Under the pieces are notes generated by a model. The model was not told the DNA's origin. It worked only from the letters and a program-made list of their open reading frames with translations, and searched no databases. Positions 54,629-64,000 of a stretch of DNA of 64,000 bases are shown here, in pieces. Position numbers and translations under genes: made by a program. The DNA is from Perna viridis. Taxonomy: Eukaryota. Location of the stretch: assembly GCA_037379345.1 (NCBI GenBank), contig CM074515.1:18476001-18540000 (forward strand), written 5' to 3'. Within the stretch, counting starts at the first letter, position 1. Each line of letters opens with the position of its first letter.

Positions 54629-54880
54629 AATCTAATTAAAATTAGGCCTATCAATTGTTCTATTCAGTCAATACGTGTAGGATCTTACACTACTCCATTC
54701 TACTTTCTGTTTAGATGACCTATTCAAAATTCCCTTTTAATAATGTTTTCAAAATCATGAAAATTGAAATCTGATTGGCAGATCAGAAACGTCACCAAAC
54801 AGAAAGTAGACTGGAGTGTTGTTAGAAGCTACACACAGTGACTGAATGAAACAATTGATAGGTCTGATTTTAATTAGATT
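54629..54880. mobile_element. fold-back MITE with ~90-bp TIRs
   Basis: AATCTAATTAAAATTAGGCCTATCAATTGTT...CTACTTTCTGTTT / AAACAGAAAGTAG...AACAATTGATAGGTCTGATTTTAATTAGATT. Confidence 0.8.
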
Positions 54881-55467
54881 AATATCAACCAAATTAAGAA
54901 CGGCAACTTCAAATTTCATGCGCAATTTCTATAATTCTTATTTTAAGTACAAATAGCTAATGACAAATTAAATGAAGGTTAAAATAATTAGAAGTCTAAT
55001 TTATTTGACCCAAGATAAGAATACTAAATTTTAGCTTTCTCAACTAACAGTTAATGTTAAATTCATTAAGTGGCAATCTGTCGGAAATCAGATAGGAGGT
55101 GATTCATGCATGTCAAAAAACCCACCGAATTCTGTTTTATTTCTTGTTCAGAAACAGTTGCTGATCACTTAACCAGTCTTAGTTTTTCATTTAGTCGTTG
55201 CGCTTTTGAGAAAAACAATATATGTATTGTACATGAAATTGACACTCTGAAAGAGTTATTGTTCTTGATTTGGTTTTATTTGGTTGATTTTAGTTTGAGA
55301 TAAATGTAGGATTTCTCAAAAGTACAGAAGTGAATATGGAAAGGATAACTGTTATGCAAAATATTGCATATGTAGATTGAAAAATCATCGTCTGTTCGGT
55401 AGATTTTTTTAACCATGACTCACTTTGATATGGACACTGTCTGAATTTTATATGGACTGGTACTTAA

Positions 55468-55687
55468 TGAGGTAGACATAGGGTAAGGGACATAACTCTT
55501 GAAATCAGTGATATGTTTGTATCATATTCAAATTCATCAAAGTCTTTCAAGCTTTCAAGCTTTCATTTGAAACAGAATGAAATCAGTCTGAGTAATTTTG
55601 ATGCTTCCATGAGATTGATGTAAAATGCTGAATGAAAACGGTTCAATGATTTGTAAGAGTTGTGTCCCTTACCTTAGGTCTTCCTCC
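55468..55687. mobile_element. MITE with TTAA-like flanks (Kolobok-like)
   Basis: TTAA|TGAGGTAGACATAGGGTAAGGGACATAACTCTT ... AAGAGTTGTGTCCCTTACCTTAGGTCTTCCTCC|CTAA. Confidence 0.65.
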
Positions 55688-56908
55688 CTAAATATAGTTT
55701 CTAGTACATATTTACAGATTTACTGTACACGTACCTTATAGTTATCGCAGAAAAATAAATGTTAAGTATTATATGACTTGAAGTTATAGTTGAAAAGACG
55801 GTTATAATTGAAGTTGACATAATTATATGTAAATGCGTTTAACGAAAAGTGTTATTTCAAAGATATACAAAATACATTTTGCTTTCATATTTGAGTGTAA
55901 AATTATACTTGACCTAATCATATGTAGAGCCAAAAACATGCCTTCTTATTTATCGTTCAGATTAGTTTTGAGTTTTTTGAAGTTTACTTTGAACACTAGA
56001 ATGAACGAAAACTAAGTTTTGTTACTTTCATATACAGGGAAGTTTGCGCGTTCCTATCAAAGATTATTTTTTTCTGTTGAAAAACCTTGGTTTCTGACCG
56101 CACAATTAATTTTACATTATAGTGTACAAGGATTAAACTTTATTCAACCCTATATACTTATATATTACATGTTAAATACGATGCATCAATATATAGAAAA
56201 AGTGTAGCCTCCGAGGTATTATGGGGTGTGGATGGGTTATCCCTCATAACGAATAACGGTTGACGATAATTTTTATAGTGAAAAAAAAAACTAACAGTTT
56301 GCTAAATTTAAGGTCTTTACGAATCACGATAAAAACTAGGTAAGGGAAAACGGTAAAAAAATGCTCATATAACGCTAACGATAGCGAAAAGACGGTTATA
56401 AGTAAAGGGCATCCACACCCTCTACAATGATATACGTCACTATATTTTGGGAATACAAATGGATAGTTTGTTGGATGTGTAACTGATGTCCCTGTTTTCG
56501 TCAATCTGTCAAGCTGATTGTAAGCTGACAGATAGGATGATACTGAGCATCTTTGGTGATATTTTGATGCATTTGATGTTTCGATATGTGATGCAGTTTG
56601 AACGTGAAAATATTCATGCTTCAATGACAATCTCCATCTGCAATGTAGACTGGAGGAATGGAAAGATGAATATTACAGGCAGAAGTTCGGCAAACTTCGT
56701 GATTTGTTTGACTTCGTTCTCTTTTGATTTTTTATTAGAAATTACATTCTATCCGCATATGTATATGAATAACGTGATTAAAATCTACCCATATATGTCT
56801 GTGGATTAAACGTGTACGATCTAACCGCACGTCTGGGGAAGACTTTCAACTATTGATGTGTCAATCTCTGGACATACATATGTAAAACACTACAACAACT
56901 TACAATGC

Positions 56909-59900
56909 GTAATTTTGCCAGTCAGTTCCATTACCCCTGTATGTAGTAGACTGTGAGCAGTCAGTTCAATTACCCCAGCAGGTAGTAGACTTTGAGCAGT
57001 CAGTTCCATTACCTCTGTAGGTAGTACACTGAGTAGTCAGTTCCATTACCCCTGTAGGTAATAGACTGAGAAGTCAGTTCCATTAACCCTGTAGGTAGTA
57101 GACTCAGTAGTCAGTTCCATTGCCCCTGAAGGTAGTAGACATTGAGCAGTCAGTTCCATTACCCCTGTAGGTAGTATATTTTGAGTTAATTTTGTCAGTT
57201 ACTTGCATTACCCCTGTAGGTAGTAGACTGAGTAGTCAGTTCCATTGCCCCTGTAGGCAGTAGACTGAGTTAATTTTGCCAGTCAGTTCCATTGCCCTTT
57301 TAGGTAGTAGACTGAGTAGTCAGTTCCATGACCCCTGTAGGTAGTAGTCTTTGAGTTAATTTTGCCAGTTAGTTCCATTACCGCTGTAGGTAGTAGACTT
57401 GGAGTGAATTTTGGCAGTCAGTTCCATTACCTCTGTAGATAGTAGACTTTGAGTAGTCAATTCTATTACCCCTGTAGGTAGTAGACTGTGAGCAGTCAGT
57501 TCCGTTACCCCTGTAGGTAGTAGACTCAGTAGTCAGTTCCATTACCTCTGTAGATAGTAGACTTTGAGTAGTCAATTCTATTACCCCTGTAGGTAGTAGA
57601 CTTTGAGCAGTCAGTTCCATTACCCCTGTAGGTGGTAGATTTTAAGTTAATTTTGCCAGTTAGTTCCATTACCCCTGTAGGTAGTAGACTTTGAGTAGTC
57701 ATATCCAATTCCCCTCAAGGTAGTAGACTGAGTAGTTAGTTTCATTACCCCTGTATGTAGCAGACTGAGTAGTCAGTTCCATTACCCCTGTAGGTAATAG
57801 ACTGAGAAGTCAGTTCCATTAACCCTGTAGGTAGTAGACTTTGAGCAGTCAGTTCCATTACCCCAGCAGGTAGTAGACTTTGAGCAGTCAGTTCCATTAC
57901 CTCTGTAGGTAGTACACTGAGTAGTCAGTTCCATTACCCCTGTAAGTAGTAGACTGTGCGCAGTCAGTTCCATTACCCCTGTAGGTAATAGACTGAGAAG
58001 TCAGTTCCATTAACCCCGTAGGTAGTAGACTTTGAGGTAATTTTGCCAGTCAGTTCCATTACCACTGTAGGTAGTAGACTTTGAGGTAATTTTGCCAGTC
58101 AGTTCCATTACCACTGTAGGTAGTAGACTTTGAGTTAATTTTGCCAGTCAGTTCCATAACCCCTATAGGTAGTAGACGATCTAACCGCACGTCTGGGGAA
58201 GACTTTCAACTATTGATGTGTCAATCTCTGGACATACATATGTAAAACACTACAACAACTTACAATGCGTAATTTTGCCAGTCAGGTCCATTACCCCTGT
58301 AAGTAGTAGACTGTGAGCAGTCAGTTCCATTACCCCTGTAGGTAATAGACTGAGAAGTCAGTTCCATTAACCTTGTAGGTAGTAGACTTTGAGCAGTCAG
58401 TTCCATTACCCCAGCAGGTAGTAGACTTTGAGCAGTCAGTTCCATTACCTCTGTAGGTAGTACACTGAGTAGTCAGTTCCATTACCCCTGTAAGTAGTAG
58501 ACTGTGCGCAGTCAGTTCCATTACCCCTGTAGGTAATAGACTGAGAAGTCAGTTCCATTAACCCCGTAGGTAGTAGACTCAGTAGTCAGTTCCATTGCCC
58601 CTGAAGGTATTTGACATTGAGCAGTCAGTTCCATTACCCCTGTAGGTAGTATATTTTAAGTTAATTTTGCCAGTTACTTGCATTACCCCTGTAGGTAGTA
58701 GACTGAGTAGTCAGTTCCATTGCCCCTGTAGGCAGTAGACTGAGTTAATTTTGCCAGTCAGTTCCATTGCCCTTTTAGGTAGTACAGTGAGTAGTCATGT
58801 CCATGACCCCTGTAGGTAGTAGTCTTTGAGTTAATTTTGCCAGTTAGTTCCATTACCGCTGTAGGTAGTAGACTTGGAGTGAATTTTGGCAGTCAGTTCC
58901 ATTACCTCTGTAGATAGTAGACTTTGAGTAGTCAATTCTATTACCCCTGTAGGTAGTAGACTTTGAGCAGTCATTTCCATTACCCCTGTAGGTAGGAGAC
59001 TGTGAGCAGTCAGTTCCGTTACCCCTGTAGGTAGTAGACTCAGTAGTCAGTTCCATTGCCCCTGTAGGCGGTAGATTTTAAGTTAATTTTGCCAGTTAGT
59101 TCCATTACCCCTGTAGGTAGTAGACTTTGAGTTAATTTTGCTAGTCTGTTCCATTACCCCTGTAGCTAGTAGACTTTGAGCAGTCAGTTCATATCCCTGT
59201 AGGTAGTAGACTTTGAGTAGTCATATCTAATTCCCCTCAAGGTAGTAGACTGAGTAGTCAGTTCCATTACCCCTGTATGTAGTAGACTGAGTAGTCAGTT
59301 CCTTTATTCCTGTAGGTAGTAGACTTTGAGGTAATTTTGCCAGTCAGTTCCATTACCACTGTAGGTAGTAGACTTTGAGTTAATTTTGCCCGTCAGTTCC
59401 ATAACCCCTATAGGTAGTAGACTTTGAGCAGTCATTTCCATTACCCCTTTAGGTAGTAGACTGTGAGCAGTCAGTTCCATTAACCCTGTAGTTAGTAGAC
59501 TCAGCAGTCAGTTCCATTGCCCCTGAAGGTAGTAGACATTGAGCAGTCACTTCCATTACCCCTGTTGTTAGTAGATTTTAAGTTAATTTTGTCAGTCAGT
59601 TAGTTCCATTACCGCTGTAGGTAGTAGATTTGAGTAGTCAGTTTCATTACCCCTGTAGGTAATAGACTTTAAGCAGTTAGTTCTATTACCCCTGTAGGTA
59701 GTAGACTTATTAGTCAGTTCCATTGCCCTTGTAGATAGTAGACTTTGAGCAGTCAGTTCCATTACCCCTGTAAATAGTAGCCTATGAGTTAATTTTTCCA
59801 GTAAGTTCCATTACCCGTGTAGGTAGTAGACTGAGTAGTCAGTTCCATTACCCCTGTAGGTAATAGACTGAGAAGTCAGTTCCATTAACCCCGTAGGTAG

Positions 59901-62443
59901 TAGACTCAGTAGTCAGTTCCATTGCCCCTGAAGGTATTTGACATTGAGCAGTCAGTTCCATTACCCCTGTAGGTAGTATATTTTAAGTTAATTTTGCCAG
60001 TTACTTGCATTACCCCTGTAGGTAGTAGACTGAGTAGTCAGTTCCATTGCCCCTGTAGGCAGTAGACTGAGTTAATTTTGCCAGTCAGTTCCATTGCCCT
60101 TTTAGGTAGTACAGTGAGTAGTCATGTCCATGACCCCTGTAGGTAGTAGTCTTTGAGTTAATTTTGCCAGTTAGTTCCATTACCGCTGTAGGTAGTAGAC
60201 TTGGAGTGAATTTTGGCAGTCAGTTCCATTACCTCTGTAGATAGTAGACTTTGAGTAGTCAATTCTATTACCCCTGTAGGTAGTAGACTTTGAGCAGTCA
60301 TTTCCATTACCCCTGTAGGTAGGAGACTGTGAGCAGTCAGTTCCGTTACCCCTGTAGGTAGTAGACTCAGTAGTCAGTTCCATTGCCCCTGTAGGCGGTA
60401 GATTTTAAGTTAATTTTGCCAGTTAGTTCCATTACCCCTGTAGGTAGTAGACTTTGAGTTAATTTTGCTAGTCTGTTCCATTACCCCTGTAGCTAGTAGA
60501 CTTTGAGCAGTCAGTTCATATCCCTGTAGGTAGTAGACTTTGAGTAGTCATATCTAATTCCCCTCAAGGTAGTAGACTGAGTAGTCAGTTCCATTACCCC
60601 TGTATGTAGTAGACTGAGTAGTCAGTTCCTTTATTCCTGTAGGTAGTAGACTTTGAGGTAATTTTGCCAGTCAGTTCCATTACCACTGTAGGTAGTAGAC
60701 TTTGAGTTAATTTTGCCCGTCAGTTCCATAACCCCTATAGGTAGTAGACTTTGAGCAGTCATTTCCATTACCCCTTTAGGTAGTAGACTGTGAGCAGTCA
60801 GTTCCATTAACCCTGTAGTTAGTAGACTCAGCAGTCAGTTCCATTGCCCCTGAAGGTAGTAGACATTGAGCAGTCACTTCCATTACCCCTGTTGTTAGTA
60901 GATTTTAAGTTAATTTTGTCAGTCAGTTAGTTCCATTACCGCTGTAGGTAGTAGATTTGAGTAGTCAGTTTCATTACCCCTGTAGGTAATAGACTTTAAG
61001 CAGTTAGTTCTATTACCCCTGTAGGTAGTAGACTTATTAGTCAGTTCCATTGCCCTTGTAGATAGTAGACTTTGAGCAGTCAGTTCCATTACCCCTGTAA
61101 ATAGTAGCCTATGAGTTAATTTTTCCAGTAAGTTCCATTACCCGTGTAGGTAGTAGACTGAGTAGTCAGTTCTATTACCCCTGTAGGTGGTAGACTGAGT
61201 TAATTTTGCAAGTCAGTTCCATTGCCCCTGTAGATAGTAGACTTTGAGTAGTCAGTTCCATTACCCCTGTAGGTAATAGACTTTAAGCTGTCAGTTCTAT
61301 TACCCCTGTAGGTAGTAGACTCATTAGTCAGTTCCATTGCCCCTGTAGGTAGTAGACTTTGAACAGTCAGTTCCATTACCCCTGTAGGTAGTAGTCTTTG
61401 AGTTAATTTTGCCAGTTTCATTACCACTGTAGGTAGTAGACTTAGAGTGAATTTTGCTAGTCAGTTCCATTACCTCTGTAGATAGTAGACTTTGAGTAGT
61501 CAGTTCTTTTACCCCTGTAGGTAGTAGACTTTGAGCAGTCATTTTCATTACCCCTGTAGGTAGTAGACTGTGAGCTGTCATTTCCATTACCCCTGTAGGT
61601 AGTAGACTGAGTAGTCAGTTCTATTATCCCTGTACGTAGTAGACTCAGTAGTCAGTTCCATTGCCCCTACAGGTAGTAGACTTTGAGCAGTCAGTTCCAT
61701 TACCCCTGTAGGTGGTAGATTTTAAGTTAATTTTGCCAGTTAGTTCCATTACTCTTGTAGGTAGTAGACTTTGAGTTAATTTTGCTAGTCTGTTCCATTA
61801 CCCCTGTAGCTAGTAGACTTTGAGCAGTCAGTTCATATCCCTGTAGGTAGTAGACTTTGAGTAGTCATATCCAATTTCCCTGTAGGTAGTAGACTTTGAG
61901 TAGTCATATCCAATTTCCCTGTAGGTTGTAGACTTTGAGTAGTCATATCCAATTTCCCTGTAGGTTGTAGACTTTGAGTAGTCATATCCAATTTCCCTGT
62001 AGGTAGTAGACTGAGTAGTCAGTTCCATTATTCCTGTAAGTAGTAGACTTTGAGGTAATTTTTCCAATCAGTTCCATTACCCCTGTAGGTAGTAGACTTT
62101 GAGAAGTCATTTCCATTACCCCTGTAGGTATTAGACTTTGAGCAGTCATTTCCATTACCCATGTAGGTAGTAGACTGAATGGTCAGTTCCATTATGCCTG
62201 TAGGTAGTAGACTTTGAGTTAATTTTGCTAGTCAGTTCTATTACCCCTGTAGGTAGTAGACTGAGTAAATTTTGCCAGTCAGTTCCATTACCCCTGTAGG
62301 TAGTAGACTTTGAGGAGTCATTTCCATTACCCCTGTAGGTAGTAGACTGAGCAGTCAGTTCCATTATCTCTGTAGGTAGTAGACTTTGAGTTAATTTTGC
62401 CAGTCAGTTCCATTACCCCTCTAGGTAGTAGACTTTGAGTAGT
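56909..62443 (+). repeat. modular satellite: constant 30-bp core GTCAGTTCCATTACCCCTGTAGGTAGTAGA plus 7/9/19-nt linkers (37/39/49-bp units)
   Basis: Read directly; linkers CTGAGTA, CTTTGAGCA and CTTTGAGTTAATTTTGCCA; >100 units. Confidence 0.98.
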
Positions 62444-62689
62444 TTATTACATTTATTTTTTAAGCTTGTTAAAAGTTTGAATGTGTATGTAATTTATGGT
62501 GGTCGTGAATGTTTTCCTTGAATTCGGCTTTTTAGGTCTACTTCCAAGATTTAGTCATCCCTTCACTGATCCTATGTAGATGAAGCCAATTTAGCTTGAT
62601 TAATAACTTTCTACATTTACTGAATAAATGTATATCAACAACGTGTATACAATGTTTTCTTCTTATACGTAGATGGCTGTTTTTATCTA

Positions 62690-63212
62690 ATGGTAAGATT
62701 CATTCAAAACCTCAGTAAGTTTTCATATCACAACTTATATGTTATGTGGATACCACAAGGATTTTTTGTACCTTGTTAGACATCTTACAAACAATTAGGC
62801 TTCTAGAAAATGGTTATGTTGTTACAAGATTAGTCATCACTCATAAGTTTTATGGTCGTCATCATGAACTCGAGTATCGTTATGGTGTATCCATCTGCAC
62901 GTAGAGAACGGATTTATACACCATATAATAGTGTTTCTTTTCTCTTTCGTCAGTCCCTGACATAACATTTAATTAGTAACTCGGTGGTGTTTCTAGAAAA
63001 GCAAAGGACGCTTATCCTACTGAAGCACCTGATCTATGATCCCAGTATTTTAGTGGAGTTTTGATTGCTCATTTACTTTTGTTTCTTTGTACGTGATATT
63101 ATGGTTATTTCATGTTCTTTGATGTAATTTTCTTTTTTTCCTGTCTAGTCTTTATCCTTGGATTATATTCTTTGATTTTCGCCCGAATTTTGGTTTCTTT
63201 GATTACTCTTTA
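62690..63212 (+). mobile_element. Penelope-like element 3' fragment with 3' UTR
   Basis: FISQL, LLENGYV and KFYGRHHEL..RYGVSICT (62845-62900). The downstream GCACCTG..CCCAG..GGAG..TTGCTCATTT tail recurs at ~41380-41600, 42440-42610 and on minus at 45510-45720 and 47370-47480. Confidence 0.78.
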
Positions 63213-64000
63213 ACCTAACTTAAGCTTTCTTTTAAGATAACTGCTCCAACTTACTAATTTCGTTACCTTCATAGAATTTTCTGTATTCTATTTGATATAG
63301 TTGGATACGTTTCTGACAAAATAGTAAACTATAAAAGTGAACATGATGTGATGTAACAGTAAATAGATGAATTGTTCGTTTCTTCCCCCTTCACACTTTT
63401 TCCCCTACTTTTGGAAAGTTCTATTTTTGGGATGTTCGATATTTAGGAAAACATAGGTCCCCACAGGGTATGTATTATTCCTAGCCTGGTTTTGATTTAC
63501 ATTATCATATAGAGTATGTTTTAGAAAATGTCTTCAACAATGAAACATGCATTTTACATGTCAAAAGATGTTGTCATAGGTCGGTCAGAGATAACGACTT
63601 CAATGTCACATTTAAACAGCTTTGCAATACATACACACACAAACTACACATAATCGATGTACTTTTGCATGATTTTACATTGTATTTGGTCTGTATTTTC
63701 TACGTTTAGACACATTTTATAATTTTTGGACCCGGTGAGCAGGTCACATTTTAGGCAAAAATAAATGATAACTTACATCAATTTAGGACCTATTTAGGCG
63801 CCACGCTCAGATTGTTCATCGATTCATGAGACTAGGTATACTTTTAAGAGATATTTATTCATACATGATTTGAGATGGGACGTTAACTCTGATGGTTTCT
63901 TTAGGTTTTATCGTTTAGTTTTGACTTTGTTGCAATTTGACTTCCGTAATTTGGCTTTGCTCACTGTGACACAAGGTACCATTTTTGCTCATTTTTTGTA

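Noticed and set aside
57378-62364. MELT/STTYRG repeat proteins on minus strand
   Set aside because: Translations of the satellite, with frequent frame changes caused by 37/49-bp units.
56909-62443. CRISPR-like repeat-spacer array
   Set aside because: The linkers are short, recurrent and related to each other, there are no cas genes, and the context is eukaryotic.

Overview
AT-rich eukaryotic (animal) genomic DNA. The repeat families resemble those of bivalve molluscs (mussel/oyster type); this is an inference. Two spliced genes face each other. (1) SMNDC1/SPF30 on +, six coding exons at 2175-8078; the first coding exon was not found and probably lies upstream of the window. (2) A divergent caspase-3/7-like gene on -, four exons at 26246-22111, with an intact SHG/QACRS dyad, an altered small-subunit substrate loop and an unresolved 5' end. 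The rest is repeat-derived. There are two large satellite arrays (31-bp at 16.1-19.9 kb; a modular 37/39/49-bp array at 56.9-62.4 kb) and several smaller minisatellites. Mobile elements include Helentron-associated (HINE-like) elements, many TIR/fold-back MITEs, decayed CR1, L1/Tx1, RTE and Penelope-like retroelements, and a tRNA-like TG..CA element. There is also a ~1.7-1.9 kb tandem duplication. Most ORFs in the supplied track are spurious or satellite read-throughs. I found no prokaryote-type system (CRISPR, operon) and no clearly novel multi-gene system. The best leads are the atypical caspase, the 31-bp satellite that appears to have grown inside a Penelope RT, and the structure of the large modular satellite.
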